Assembly: GCA_001817065.1 (NCBI GenBank)
Contig: MHHQ01000029.1
Coordinates: 4,049 to 68,048 of the forward strand
Length of the DNA stretch: 64,000 nucleotides
Direction of reading: 5' to 3'
DNA from: Candidatus Andersenbacteria bacterium RIFCSPHIGHO2_02_FULL_46_16
GTDB lineage: Bacteria; Patescibacteriota; Andersenbacteria; UBA10190
Shown here: positions 28,887 to 39,742 of the stretch, piece after piece
How positions within the stretch are numbered: position 1 is the first letter of the stretch
Layout of the letters: each line of letters begins with the position of its first letter
Program-made: the position numbers and the translations under genes
The notes under the pieces: generated by a model
Told to the model about the DNA's origin: nothing
What the model saw: the letters and a program-made list of their open reading frames with translations, nothing else
The model's database searches: none

Positions 28887-30380
28887 TTACTTTATTCTTT
28901 CCAGATCAATCGTTTCATCGATACGAATCTGCTCAACAAAAGATGGTATGTGCGAAACGATAATTATCGCACCTTCATATTCATCCAGTGCCTTAGCAAT
29001 AACCGGTAAATGACGGAAATTAATGTGATTCGTTGGCTCATCCAGTATCAGCAACCCAGGCTGCATCAAGACTAATCTACAAAAAGAAAGTAGACCTTTC
29101 TGTCCCTCTGACAATGTCCGGATAGGACTTTCTAATAGTTTGCTGCTCAGCAAAAAACCCGCTGCCGTTGATCGCAATATACGCTCCTCTTTAACAACCA
29201 TCACCTCCAAGAGGACATCAATAGCTACATGGTCTTGCTCAAGGTTGCTGAAATCCTGTTTATAATAACCAACTATTACTTCTTCCGGAATTATTGCTCC
29301 CTTCGCGCTACGTATCGCGAGCTGTTCCATCAGCGTGCTTTTCCCAATTCCGTTAGGGCCGACAATCAATAGATGTGTATGTTTGCGTAACGTCAGGTCT
29401 ATATTCTTTGTCACCGCTTTATTATTCTGGAACGAAGAGACCTCAGTGAATTGGACCACGGCTCCGTTGAATGATGTCTCGAACTCCTGGGCAGGTATAT
29501 GGAAAGGACGAATCACTTTATCATCCATGCGCACACTCACGATACTTTCCTCGGCCTCGGCCGCCGATTCCCTCATCCGTTTAGCCACTCCGCGCATCTT
29601 GCCTCCTTTATGCGCAAACACTTCCGCTTGCTCGCGCTTTTCTTTGATCTGCCGCTGCATCCGGGCATTCAAATAGTTCTCTCGCTCCCGCCGTTTCGCA
29701 ATCTCCTCCACCACATCATTGTAATTACCCGTGTACTGTTCAATCTTGCGGGTCGCCATATCCAGATATAACACGCCGTCAGCAAAAGCATTTAAAAAGT
29801 CTGCATCATGCGAAATCACCAAACAAGTCTTCTCGTACATAATCAAAAAAGCTGTCAGATGATCAATGCCATATTGATCAAGGTTATTTGTCGGCTCATC
29901 CAATAATAAAATATCCGGTTTTTGGATTAACGCATACGCCAGCAATAAACGCGCCTGCTGTCCGCCCGAACATTCCTTTATTTTCTTATCCAGCGACAAG
30001 TTAAGATGCACTACATCAAAAATCTCCGCGATAAGTTTATCCAGTGCATATTCCACTTTCGGAAAAGCCGTCGCAAAATATTCCCGAATCGAAAAATCCA
30101 TCGCCTCTCGAGGCATCACCTGCTGGGAGATAGCGATTGTAGCATCCTGGGGAGTGCGGCTTATCCGGCCGCTAGTGGGATGAAGCTCGCCCGTAATGAG
30201 TTTAAAAAGGGAACTTTTACCGGCTCCATTTTGTCCCATCAGCGTAATGCGGCTGCCCGTGCGCACAGAAAAACCCACCTCATCTAACAATGGATGGTGA
30301 TGGTCATACTCAAAGCTAACGTCAGAAAATCTTAATATCACCGAGTCACTAGGCATTCGGGTACCATACACCAAATTCAC
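28887..30380 (-). CDS. ABC-F family ATPase
   Basis: Two ABC domains (GQNGAGKS, LLDEPTN; GPNGIGKS, LDEPTN), no TM, charged linker. Confidence 0.92.
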   Translation of the reverse strand: MNLVYGTRMPSDSVILRFSDVSFEYDHHHPLLDEVGFSVRTGSRITLMGQNGAGKSSLFKLITGELHPTSGRISRTPQDATIAISQQVMPREAMDFSIREYFATAFPKVEYALDKLIAEIFDVVHLNLSLDKKIKECSGGQQARLLLAYALIQKPDILLLDEPTNNLDQYGIDHLTAFLIMYEKTCLVISHDADFLNAFADGVLYLDMATRKIEQYTGNYNDVVEEIAKRRERENYLNARMQRQIKEKREQAEVFAHKGGKMRGVAKRMRESAAEAEESIVSVRMDDKVIRPFHIPAQEFETSFNGAVVQFTEVSSFQNNKAVTKNIDLTLRKHTHLLIVGPNGIGKSTLMEQLAIRSAKGAIIPEEVIVGYYKQDFSNLEQDHVAIDVLLEVMVVKEERILRSTAAGFLLSSKLLESPIRTLSEGQKGLLSFCRLVLMQPGLLILDEPTNHINFRHLPVIAKALDEYEGAIIIVSHIPSFVEQIRIDETIDLERIK

Positions 30381-30503
30381 GGTTTTGTCACGGGGCCCCG
30401 TACTAGTTCAATGCCTTCTAAACACCCTGCCGCTGGCAACCGCTCACCGATTAAGTCAAACCGCGTCTTTCCCTTCGCTTCCCGCCGCCAATAATTACCT
30501 GGC

Positions 30504-30827
30504 CTACTCCAAGGATGCTGGTACTTCCCTTAAACTTGATTTCTCACAAGGCTCTTCCCAGGGTCTCAGGCATTTATTTTTTTCTGCACACCAAGAGTAC
30601 CCCGCCCCAATCATGCATCCATATTCATCCTTGTTACCGCCAATCAGTTCTTGCGTCGGTTTCGGATCAGCCTGCACACTCACTGACTTGCCATATTTAA
30701 CCCCAAAGTAAAACCCGATAAACGATAAGGCTACCGCTAACACCATCGCGACTATCTTTGAGAAAAGCGTCACCGTCGTCAACTCTTTCTTAATATCCAT
30801 TAATCCCATTAAAGCACGCCCGCTCAA
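30504..30827 (-). CDS. Small membrane-anchored protein with Cys-rich motif
   Basis: TM helix then GGNKDEYGCMIGAGYSWCAEKNKCLRPWEEPC. Confidence 0.75.
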   Translation of the reverse strand: MSGRALMGLMDIKKELTTVTLFSKIVAMVLAVALSFIGFYFGVKYGKSVSVQADPKPTQELIGGNKDEYGCMIGAGYSWCAEKNKCLRPWEEPCEKSSLREVPASLE

Positions 30828-30939
30828 TTTCGTCAGCTGTGACTGTCAGCATTCTCAAGATTGACAAATTTTATAGATTTTGTACATTACCCTTTCAGTA
30901 CTTTACCCAACACTAACGTCGCTATAAAAGATTGGAGGA

Positions 30940-31290
30940 TTGCCCATGGCCAATTCGCATCAAGTAACCGATGTACCGAATGGGATTAAGCAAGTTTTTG
31001 GTGCCAGAACCGGCCACTACCTAACCGACGAACCTGGCCGACTGGAGTTTGTGCCTGTTTGGGCTGTAAATGAAGGAAAGATAATTTGCGACGCAGCTTT
31101 CACTTGGAAGCAACCTGTCAGAGGATTTGCCTCAAAGGATTCATATTTCGGACTGACCGTGTCACCCGATGCCACCTTCTTTGTCTACTTCAACGATGCG
31201 ACTTACTTCGTCCTCTGCTCTAAAACTGCGAATACCGATCATTTAATCATGAGGATCAAGACCGAACTTCGCGCGGCCAACGAACATTAA
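30940..31290 (+). CDS. Hypothetical protein
   Basis: TTGACA-16-TACATT at 30861-88, GGAGG RBS, terminator downstream. Confidence 0.6.
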   Translation: MPMANSHQVTDVPNGIKQVFGARTGHYLTDEPGRLEFVPVWAVNEGKIICDAAFTWKQPVRGFASKDSYFGLTVSPDATFFVYFNDATYFVLCSKTANTDHLIMRIKTELRAANEH

Positions 31291-31317
31291 ATCCTGCCCA
31301 CCTAGTAGCATCACCTC

Positions 31318-31346
31318 ACCACCGCTTTTACCAACGGTGGTTTTTT
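31318..31346 (+). terminator. Intrinsic terminator
   Basis: ACCACCG...CGGTGGT followed by T run. Confidence 0.7.
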
Positions 31347-31458
31347 CTAACCATACTTATTTACCGCCGACCTGCTCGCCTTCTCTTGACTTCCCTGTCC
31401 GCCTGTTCTACATATTAATTTCTCGTTTGCCTGAACAGTTTTTACCAGGAGCACCCTC

Positions 31459-31977
31459 ATGTCTGCCAAAAAAGTTCTTTGCCAAATCTTGTGTTTAGTA
31501 GGTAACACCCTTTTCTGTCTGGGACTAATCTTGCTCTACACTCTGTCTTACCTTACTCTGGTCTTTGCTGCCTCGCTGATCGTAACTATTGCCCTAACTT
31601 TTTTTGACTCACCGGTCACAGACTTCGCCCGCGCCTATTCATTTTACGGTCTCATTGTTTATGTCCTGCTTGGTCTGCTGACAATTTTTGCCATGACCAC
31701 CGAGGATTTCATGGACCGCTGGGCAGGAACAAGAACCTATGTCGAATATCTCTTTAACGAATTGTTGTGCGTTCGCTTCAACTGCCTTCTCATCCCTCTT
31801 TGTTCACTATCCTGGCCTTATAGCTGGTTCCAAATTCAGCGAGATATGGATGCAGCCGGCTGTGGTGAGAATATCGCCGACGCATTTATTAGACCGCTGG
31901 ACTACTGGTACCACCACAAATATTGGGCCAAGTTTTATAAGTACGTCAGGGCCAACGAAAAGGATTCAACCTATTAA
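31459..31977 (+). CDS. Hypothetical membrane protein
   Basis: AGGAG RBS, hydrophobic N-half, hairpin plus T-run near 31988-32010. Confidence 0.6.
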   Translation: MSAKKVLCQILCLVGNTLFCLGLILLYTLSYLTLVFAASLIVTIALTFFDSPVTDFARAYSFYGLIVYVLLGLLTIFAMTTEDFMDRWAGTRTYVEYLFNELLCVRFNCLLIPLCSLSWPYSWFQIQRDMDAAGCGENIADAFIRPLDYWYHHKYWAKFYKYVRANEKDSTY

Positions 31978-32120
31978 TATCAACCCACAGAGTTACCCCT
32001 CGGTTTTTTTATCGCAGCAAAAATCCCTAGCCATGGCGGTACAAAAAGCGCGGTCAAGCCCAACCACATCGCCCACCACGCCAACTTTGTCTTAGGTTTT
32101 TCTTGAATATAAACCCAAGT

Positions 32121-34349
32121 TTACACTTTCTCGCTAGTCAAAGATTGTCGGCGTAGCAGCACAGCATTAACCGCTACAATAACAGTTGAAAGAGACATGA
32201 ATACTGCTGACACGGCCGGATTAAGCACAATCCCCCAAGAGACAGCCACTCCCGCCGCTAGCGGCAGCGCCACTATGTTATAACCAGTCGCCCACCAAAG
32301 ATTTTGGATCATCTTTGTATATGTCAGTCGCGATAGCTGAATTATCTTGGGAATATCCCTCGGATCATTCCTCACCAAAACAATCCCCGCTGCTTCGATA
32401 GCTACATTTGTGCCCGCCCCTACTGCTATGCCAACATCAGCCTGTGTCAATGCCGGCGCATCATTAATCCCATCTCCTACCATAGCCACTTTATTGCCTT
32501 TGTTTTGCAGCTCCTTCACTTTATCCGCCTTATGTTCCGGCAAGACTTCCGCAAAATATTCCTCAATACCCAGTTCATCAGACACCCATTTCGCCACTGC
32601 TTCTGCATCACCGGTTATCATGGCAATCTGCACCCCCAACTTTTTTAGTTGCGCGATTGCCTCCCGTGATTCTTCACGGATAATATCGCCCAGCGCAATA
32701 ATGCCCGCCAGCGATTCATTAGCTATAACATAAATGATTGTTTTACCCGCCTGGCCTTCCTTGACAACGGTTTGCTTAAGTTCATCCGGCACTATCACTC
32801 CAGCACTTTCATACAAAGCCCGACCGCCCACCATGACTACCTTCCCCTTAACCACACCACTTACCCCTTTACCAGGTAATCGCTTAAAATCACTGATCGC
32901 TGCCAGACTATTCTTTTTCTCCTGCGCTTTCGTGACAATAGCTCTGGACACAGGATGTTCTGACTTTGTATCAACCGATGCCGCTAGCTTCAGCACATCT
33001 TCTTCACTTACGCCAGACGCGGCATATACTCCCGTGACGCCGAACACTCCTTTGGTAAGGGTGCCTGTCTTGTCGAACAAAACTACATTGATATTACGCG
33101 CTGCCTCCAGTGCCAAACGCTGACGCACCAAAAAACCATTTCTCGCCGCCATAGTAGTGGAGATAGATGCCACTAAAGGAATCGCCAAACCCAACGCATG
33201 TGGACAGGCAATAACCAGCACAGCCACCATTCGGGTAAAACCAAAGTCCGCGCCACGCAGCGGCAGCCAAACGAATAAAGTCAACAACCCCACAGCGATA
33301 GCAATAATAGTCAGATAAAAAGCCGCCTTATCCGACAGCAGCTGCAATTTTGATTTGCTCATCTGCGCTTCTTGTATCAAACGCATTACGCCAGCCAAAA
33401 ATGTATCATCGCCAATCTTGGTCACCTTGACCCGCAAAGACCCTTCGCTGTTTATGGTGCCGGCCACCACTGCATCCCCTGGCTTTTTAGACACCGGCTT
33501 AGACTCACCCGTAGCTAGGGCTTCATCGATATCAGACTCACCCTCAATAATTTCACCGTCCGCAGCGACCTTGCCACCCGGACGAATGACGACAATATCA
33601 CCAACCCTTAACTGATCAAGCGGAATATTTTCCGTTTTTCTTTGCGCACTATCGCCGCCCCGCTCAATTTCCGCCGTATCCGGCAACAATTTGGAAAGCT
33701 CTCGCAAGGCGCCCTGCGCCCCTTGCACCGCCCGCATTTCTATCCAGTGGCCAAGCAACATTATAACAATCAAAGTAGTCAGCTCCCAAAACAAAGTTTC
33801 CTCCATTCCCCGGGCCACCTGAACAACGCTATAGGAATAAGCAGTCACGATAGCCAAAGATATTAGCGTCATCATACCAGGCGCCCTTCCGCGCAGTTCC
33901 CGCCAGGCACTGGTTAAAAATATCCATCCCCCGTAGAAGAAAACAATTGAACCTAAAATAGCTGGCAAAAAAGATGAACCCGGAAACATTGGCGGCGACC
34001 ACCCCAAAAACGCTTGCGGTAATGGCGAATACAGAACGATCGGTACCGTCAACGCCAAACTGACCCAAAATTTTCTTGCAAAAACATTAATTTTATGTCC
34101 CGCGTGCTTATCGTGTCCGCCGTGCTCGCTGCTTTTTGCCGATAGCTTATCGGAGGATAGTTCAGATTTTTTCCGCTTTTCTTTCACCAACGTCATCCCG
34201 CACTCCGGACATATTCCCGGCCTATCCTGCTGGACATTCGGATGCATGGGGCAGGTATAAGCTGCTTGCTTACTCCCCTGATCAATGTGGTTATTGTGTT
34301 GCATATGTTGTTTAGTCAAATAGCATCCCACTAGCAACGAACTAGTCAC
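32121..34349 (-). CDS. copB: P1B-3 type copper ATPase with N-terminal heavy-metal-binding domain
   Basis: YTCPMHP...CPECGM, His-rich linker, [24 protein letters not shown]. Confidence 0.9.
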   Translation of the reverse strand: MTSSLLVGCYLTKQHMQHNNHIDQGSKQAAYTCPMHPNVQQDRPGICPECGMTLVKEKRKKSELSSDKLSAKSSEHGGHDKHAGHKINVFARKFWVSLALTVPIVLYSPLPQAFLGWSPPMFPGSSFLPAILGSIVFFYGGWIFLTSAWRELRGRAPGMMTLISLAIVTAYSYSVVQVARGMEETLFWELTTLIVIMLLGHWIEMRAVQGAQGALRELSKLLPDTAEIERGGDSAQRKTENIPLDQLRVGDIVVIRPGGKVAADGEIIEGESDIDEALATGESKPVSKKPGDAVVAGTINSEGSLRVKVTKIGDDTFLAGVMRLIQEAQMSKSKLQLLSDKAAFYLTIIAIAVGLLTLFVWLPLRGADFGFTRMVAVLVIACPHALGLAIPLVASISTTMAARNGFLVRQRLALEAARNINVVLFDKTGTLTKGVFGVTGVYAASGVSEEDVLKLAASVDTKSEHPVSRAIVTKAQEKKNSLAAISDFKRLPGKGVSGVVKGKVVMVGGRALYESAGVIVPDELKQTVVKEGQAGKTIIYVIANESLAGIIALGDIIREESREAIAQLKKLGVQIAMITGDAEAVAKWVSDELGIEEYFAEVLPEHKADKVKELQNKGNKVAMVGDGINDAPALTQADVGIAVGAGTNVAIEAAGIVLVRNDPRDIPKIIQLSRLTYTKMIQNLWWATGYNIVALPLAAGVAVSWGIVLNPAVSAVFMSLSTVIVAVNAVLLRRQSLTSEKV

Positions 34350-34668
34350 TAACTTTTACTGCCGTTCCGTATGCCATCATTTCCGAAGCTCCAGACATGA
34401 CGGTTGATGTGGCAAACCGGAAACCAATAATCGCATCGGCTTCCAGTTTAATCGCTTCATTGACCATCCTATTATAAGCCTCATCTCGCGCGGTCGTGGT
34501 CATCTCTGTATAAATCTTTACTTCACCTCCGATTATATTCTTGATCAAAGCTCCAATATCCCGACCAATATTCCTGGCCCTAACAGTATTTCCCCTAACC
34601 ACTCCAACCACCTTAGTGATTTTTTTATTCGGAACCTCATTTCCCGTTGTAACAATTATTTCTGACAT
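34342..34668 (-). CDS. YbjQ/UPF0145 family protein
   Basis: GNTVRARNIGRD...GGE...YT...AR...AYGTAV. Confidence 0.9.
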   Translation of the reverse strand: MSEIIVTTGNEVPNKKITKVVGVVRGNTVRARNIGRDIGALIKNIIGGEVKIYTEMTTTARDEAYNRMVNEAIKLEADAIIGFRFATSTVMSGASEMMAYGTAVKVSD

Positions 34669-34689
34669 CTTGTTATTTTTATTGATAAA

Positions 34690-34878
34690 TTAATCCTTAC
34701 GATATTTAATCTCTTCTATCTCATCTTCCTTCTTATTAAACAATATAAAAAGGGCTAAAAGAATAACCGGTACCGCATAAATAAACACCCCGGGCGTTTT
34801 TATAATCCCCACCCCTGTTAACACCACACCAATTATTATCCCGATAACCCCCGTTACTATCCTGCTCACGGTGTTCAT
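34690..34878 (-). CDS. Small membrane protein
   Basis: Two TM helices, tail NKKEDEIEEIK; TATAAT 6 nt before ATG. Confidence 0.7.
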   Translation of the reverse strand: MNTVSRIVTGVIGIIIGVVLTGVGIIKTPGVFIYAVPVILLALFILFNKKEDEIEEIKYRKD

Positions 34879-35010
34879 ACCGGTATTATACAGTACAAAT
34901 TTAATAATCCCTTTATTCGATTTTTAAAAAAGCCCCAGCACTCACGAAGTTTAAGGGGCAATTCATCTACTCTTAAGCTATTCAACTGACGGCTAACACC
35001 GTTTCAGAAA

Positions 35011-35400
35011 TTATCTCATTCCCATCATTTTCAGAAATGCATTCGGAATATCCTCTTTAAAATCACGGCCAGATCCATCTTGATATATGCGGCAAAAGAA
35101 AGTGATGGTGACTTCCCCCTCAGACTCTTCTAGCACAAACTTCTTTTTGTATGCACTGTCGTCCAAGAAGGCCGTTCTTTTCTCAACGACATCATTAATG
35201 GCATCGGCTAGTTCCGTTTCTGGTATTTCAAACTTCCTCCTTACCCACAAAGACGAGTATTCTTCTGCACTCAGAACAGCAGAATAATCAAAGCTAATCA
35301 GACCATCCTCATACTTGATAATCCAGTGGCAATTCCAATCCGTTCCCGCAAATTGTTTAGTCCACTCTCTTTTGAACTGAACCATGCTCGGCCTAGTCAT
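35011..35400 (-). CDS. Hypothetical protein
   Basis: 129 aa with GGGAGG RBS. Confidence 0.55.
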   Translation of the reverse strand: MTRPSMVQFKREWTKQFAGTDWNCHWIIKYEDGLISFDYSAVLSAEEYSSLWVRRKFEIPETELADAINDVVEKRTAFLDDSAYKKKFVLEESEGEVTITFFCRIYQDGSGRDFKEDIPNAFLKMMGMR

Positions 35401-35616
35401 CTCAACCCTCCCCGCAAAAAAAGAACACTGCTGAATCTAAAATGAGCTAACTGATACTGCAACCCAAAACTCTAGGGCAATAATTAGACTACGTCAACTA
35501 CACCACCAGACCCGCATACAACATAGATCGCTAATCATCGGCAGCATCATCCTACCCTACGCATAAAAAATCTCTATCACGATAAAAGTGACAGAGATAA
35601 ATCCAAGCAACGACGA

Positions 35617-35979
35617 TCATAAGTCATCTTCTCCAATAGCCCTACCCAGAACCACCGTCGCCATATACGACAACTGGATTCCAAGCTCCCCTCGAAGACG
35701 ATCAAGGGTCACTTCACACAAAGGATCTACCGACCCCCTGAGTTCTATCAGTTCCTCAAGTATCGTAGCAGCATTCCGTTGCGCCCAATGATCTGCTTTC
35801 GCCTCAAACGCCTCCACAAACCAACCTTCAGGGATTGAACCAAGCACCTCGTCTCCAAATTCAATAATTGGCTCCGGGCACGCAGCTCCAATCAACAGGC
35901 GACACAGCACCGCCAGTGCGTCACTATCCGGTTCTCGACCCCGAAAAGGCTCTAACAAAGACCTCATTACATCAGTCAT
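35617..35979 (-). CDS. Hypothetical protein
   Basis: Within ORF 35617..36024; AGGAG before ATG 35979; TTGACA at 36050-55. Confidence 0.55.
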   Translation of the reverse strand: MTDVMRSLLEPFRGREPDSDALAVLCRLLIGAACPEPIIEFGDEVLGSIPEGWFVEAFEAKADHWAQRNAATILEELIELRGSVDPLCEVTLDRLRGELGIQLSYMATVVLGRAIGEDDL

Positions 35980-36132
35980 TTTTCTTTCTCCTGGCCGTCT
36001 AAACAATAAAGACAAAGAACGCAATATAAGGTAACTAGTTTTTCCTTTTTGTCAAACTTTTCTTACCTAACGTAAACACAATCATCACCAGCCATCTAAC
36101 CAAATCCATCTAAATACTTATACGTTGCAAAT

Positions 36133-36513
36133 CTATTTCTTCGAGAAACTTGCTTGTTTATTCTTCCACCCGCTAACCAATGACCACACTATATATATTA
36201 GCATCGAGTACGTTATTGCCACCACGAAACTGCCAAGCAGCAAAGGCCCGTCAGGACCAACAAAAATACTATTACTGGACCACCAACCAAGTGCTCGGAG
36301 GATTGGTGCGAAAGGTTGAGAAATAAATATATCAATATATCCAATAAACATTATGGGTTCATCTACATAAATAATTAAATCGACAGGTATATAATCGTAA
36401 ACTCCAGCAATCCCTAAAAACATCCGTAATATTGGAAACACAAACGGTACTAACGAAAAAACCACCTTCCATCTAGTCGGTTTTAACAAAATAGTCCAGA
36501 CCATAATTTTCAT
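36133..36513 (-). CDS. Hypothetical membrane protein
   Basis: Hydrophobic; LKPTRWKVV N-terminal motif. Confidence 0.6.
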   Translation of the reverse strand: MKIMVWTILLKPTRWKVVFSLVPFVFPILRMFLGIAGVYDYIPVDLIIYVDEPIMFIGYIDIFISQPFAPILRALGWWSSNSIFVGPDGPLLLGSFVVAITYSMLIYIVWSLVSGWKNKQASFSKK

Positions 36514-36541
36514 TGTACCCGTGTTTTACTACAATCATAAT

Positions 36542-38383
36542 ATGCTTCATAGATTATTATTCCTCATCGGAATAGTGGCACTGCTGACACCACTAGAAAT
36601 CAATGCCCAGATCATTCAGCCTCCCGACTGCAACATTAATCCCCAAAGCTTGTTCTGCCAAGGTCAGTGCAGATTTAATCCAATCCTACCTTGGTGCGCG
36701 CATCCCACCCCCTCTCCATCTCCCTCCCCCTCACCAACAAAAGACCCGATAATAATAGTTCCCGGTATTACCGTCTCCCAAAACAAAAAATTGCTATACA
36801 AGGATCAAGCAGGCGGTACATGGAAATTTGCCTTAGGCTTTAATGTCTACAAGGGCCTTATAAAAAAATTGGAGTCGGTGGGCTATGAAGAAGGCCAAGA
36901 TTTATTTATTGCTCACTATGACTGGAGAAAGCCAGCTGCTCACAATGCCATCACTTATCTAAAGCCCATTATCGACCAAGCGAAACAAAGTACTGGCGCC
37001 AATAAAGTAGATGTCCTCGCTCACAGCTTTGGCGGTATAGTCACACGCTCATATGTCCAAAGCGACGCATATGGCAACGACGTCGATCAACTTATAACAC
37101 TAGGTTCACCCCACGAAGGAGCCGCTGACGCCTATGTAGCATGGGAAGGTGGCACGTACCCTGAAGGCTGGGAATTTTGGATGACAAACAGAATTAACAG
37201 AATAGAGAGTGCCTTAAAGAGAACTCGTGGCCTATCCACCATGCGCCGCCCCGACTCCTTCCGCACCTTCTTCCCTTCTCTCCATGACATGCTCCCCCTC
37301 AATGATTTCGTCATGAAAGACGGCTCGCTATTATCGGTTGCTAACCTAACGGAACAAAACCAATTCCTTAAAACCCTTCATGATACGCTCTTAAATATTT
37401 CGGCTAAGGGTGTCGAACTATTCACGATTGCCGGCACCAACGTAAATACTTTAAGTCAGATCAGCGTCAACAATACAAGAACTCGCGAGGACGAAGCCTT
37501 AAACCGTTGGCGTGACGGCCATCCCAACCCGGAGAATCCCCCGCTCGACTCTACTGTCGGTGACGCGCGCGTTCTCACCGCCAGCGCAAATGTTGGCGAT
37601 AATAATTACACCCTCAACGGCACTGCTCATCACAAGCTGCCCGATGCATCCCAAGACAAAGTACTGGAAATACTCGGCCTAGACCCAGTGGCTGAACAAT
37701 TTACTGCGACAGAGCCAAGAAGCATTTTTGGCATAATCATCCTCTCTCCTCTAAAAGCTTCTATTGTTGGACCAAACAGACAAACATTATCCCAGGACCG
37801 CAACGACTATGGTCTGGAAAACGCCGAATACGACGATGACCGAAGCGACCCAGATGATCCCATCGATATTACGATCCTGAATCCCCCCGACGGCTGGTAC
37901 GATATCACCTACACCGGCACTGGTGAAGGAGAATATACCATCATCACCTCCTACGCTGATGAAGACGAAACGGTCTCCTCAGCTCATGACGGTAATACCA
38001 CACAAGGCGCAGTAACCACCCAGCGCATCTACGTCGGTAACAGCACAATCACTCTTGTTGATGACAGCGACTACCTTGCCCTGCTAAAAGAAATTGAACG
38101 TATAGCCAAACAGACGAAAAAAGACCGCCTTATCAAAGGACACGAACAAGCCAATATCACTCGTCCGATCACGCATGCCCAAAACGACTTGCGGCTTTAT
38201 GACCAGCGAACAAAGCAAAATAGACAAAGTGCGGCACTGGACCGCTTACGGGATTATTATCAGCACTTAGATGAAATTCAAAGTGAAGCCACACATTGGT
38301 TAGATACGCCAAGTCGCGCCACCATTGCCAATCAGATTCTTGAGCTGTTAGAAAAAATTCGTCTTTCCTCACCACCGCTCTAA
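36542..38383 (+). CDS. Secreted alpha/beta hydrolase (lipase/LCAT/PGAP1-like)
   Basis: Signal peptide, SP linker, PIIIVPG, YDWR, AHSFGG, LGSPHEGA; start 36542 preferred (TACAAT 6 nt upstream). Confidence 0.85.
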   Translation: MLHRLLFLIGIVALLTPLEINAQIIQPPDCNINPQSLFCQGQCRFNPILPWCAHPTPSPSPSPSPTKDPIIIVPGITVSQNKKLLYKDQAGGTWKFALGFNVYKGLIKKLESVGYEEGQDLFIAHYDWRKPAAHNAITYLKPIIDQAKQSTGANKVDVLAHSFGGIVTRSYVQSDAYGNDVDQLITLGSPHEGAADAYVAWEGGTYPEGWEFWMTNRINRIESALKRTRGLSTMRRPDSFRTFFPSLHDMLPLNDFVMKDGSLLSVANLTEQNQFLKTLHDTLLNISAKGVELFTIAGTNVNTLSQISVNNTRTREDEALNRWRDGHPNPENPPLDSTVGDARVLTASANVGDNNYTLNGTAHHKLPDASQDKVLEILGLDPVAEQFTATEPRSIFGIIILSPLKASIVGPNRQTLSQDRNDYGLENAEYDDDRSDPDDPIDITILNPPDGWYDITYTGTGEGEYTIITSYADEDETVSSAHDGNTTQGAVTTQRIYVGNSTITLVDDSDYLALLKEIERIAKQTKKDRLIKGHEQANITRPITHAQNDLRLYDQRTKQNRQSAALDRLRDYYQHLDEIQSEATHWLDTPSRATIANQILELLEKIRLSSPPL

Positions 38384-38396
38384 TCAAACAAAATAC

Positions 38397-38427
38397 AAAA
38401 CCACCCCGCCATAGACGGGGTGGTTTT
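38397..38427. terminator. Bidirectional terminator
   Basis: AAAACCACCCCG...CGGGGTGGTTTT between convergent genes. Confidence 0.8.
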
Positions 38428-38441
38428 CAACAGTCAGCTAA

Positions 38442-38639
38442 TTACGCGCGTGACACGTTGGTGGCTGCTGGGCCCTTTTCAGTGCTCACCACTTCAAAGT
38501 TCACCTTGTCGCCGACTCTCAATTCATCAAAGGTGACGCCTTGCAGCTCCTTTGAGTGGAAAAAGAGGTCTTTATCCTCACCTTCACGGGAAATGAATCC
38601 AAATCCCTTCTGTGTGAGTGTCTTGATTGTTCCTTCCAT
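38442..38639 (-). CDS. Cold-shock protein
   Basis: KGFGFI (RNP1), LFFH (RNP2), KGPAATNV. Confidence 0.95.
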   Translation of the reverse strand: MEGTIKTLTQKGFGFISREGEDKDLFFHSKELQGVTFDELRVGDKVNFEVVSTEKGPAATNVSRA

Positions 38640-38795
38640 AGAATGGTTCTCCTTAAATTTACAGAAAATCGACTACCGTCTCTGCGTCAAAATGACAATT
38701 AACACTGTAATATGAATATAAAGTTTTGTCTATCCAAAATTCATGAATCGCTCATTTATGAAATAAAATGGGGATATTTCCCGAAATTGGAATTC

Positions 38796-39449
38796 TCAGT
38801 TAAACCGTTTCCAAGTTCCCTCTGTCACTACCTTAATGTCCTCATCAACAACCTTAACAGCTGTTTGATCATCAATCGCAAACAGAGGAATATCAATATC
38901 TTTGGCTACCTCATCGATCAACTCTGCCGCTCGGGGAAAATACGGCGAGTTCATGTGCGGTACCACCAGAAAGTCCACCAATCCTAGGCCATCATTTGTT
39001 TCGTCATCAACAATCGGTTCCTCATAAAGTCTCTGCATTTCTTTCTCTTTCAGCTTAGGAGCCACAACCATGCTGCCAGCACTAATGCCTACATATACTC
39101 GCGTTCTCAGCAATTCAGAAAGACTAGCCCCCAGACCCGACTTTTTAATCTGTCCCATCAAGTATGACGTATTACCCCCGCCAACTATAATCACATCCGC
39201 ATTCTCTAAACGCTTCTGCCATATCTTCTGTGGTATAGCCGCCACGTCCACAATATCCACCTCCTTAAAATTCAGCTCCTGGCATTTCGTTAAGTCTTTA
39301 ATCAGCCACCCCTTGTCTCCCTCTTCAACATTGGCAGCCGTCGGAATAAAGACGAGCTTTGCTTCCTTAAAATCCTTGCCAACCAGCTCACGCAAAGCAT
39401 TGATTATCATTTGGTTTTCAAGCCCTCCGGAGGTTAGCAACAACTTCAT
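38796..39449 (-). CDS. Peptidase E / S51 family
   Basis: FIPTA, VGGGNT, GISAGS, VPH. Confidence 0.9.
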   Translation of the reverse strand: MKLLLTSGGLENQMIINALRELVGKDFKEAKLVFIPTAANVEEGDKGWLIKDLTKCQELNFKEVDIVDVAAIPQKIWQKRLENADVIIVGGGNTSYLMGQIKKSGLGASLSELLRTRVYVGISAGSMVVAPKLKEKEMQRLYEEPIVDDETNDGLGLVDFLVVPHMNSPYFPRAAELIDEVAKDIDIPLFAIDDQTAVKVVDEDIKVVTEGTWKRFN

Positions 39450-39742
39450 AGTTGTTTATTGCGCATAACTTTCTTTTGCCAGCCCAGCCACCACTGCTTG
39501 AAGTACGGTAAGGTCAGAGTTGAGAGTAAAAAACCAAATGATGGCACAATGGCATTTAGCCATGGGCGCGCTACATCAATTACCCACATGTAAAGGCCAA
39601 TGGCGAGATACGTAAACGCAATCAACAAGGCTCTGCGTAAACTACTTGTTTCCCAGGCCTTGTCTTCCTGGACACACCGATTGCGATTTTCTATTCTATC
39701 CAGTCTCTTTTTTATTAATTCTATTTCATTCATACCATTCAT
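39446..39742 (-). CDS. Small membrane protein
   Basis: DKAWETS...PWLNAIVP...LSTLTLP; operonic overlaps on both sides. Confidence 0.75.
   Translation of the reverse strand: MNGMNEIELIKKRLDRIENRNRCVQEDKAWETSSLRRALLIAFTYLAIGLYMWVIDVARPWLNAIVPSFGFLLSTLTLPYFKQWWLGWQKKVMRNKQL

Noticed and set aside
30840-36100. Integron cassette array
   Set aside because: Mixed orientations, no recognisable attC boxes, no integrase
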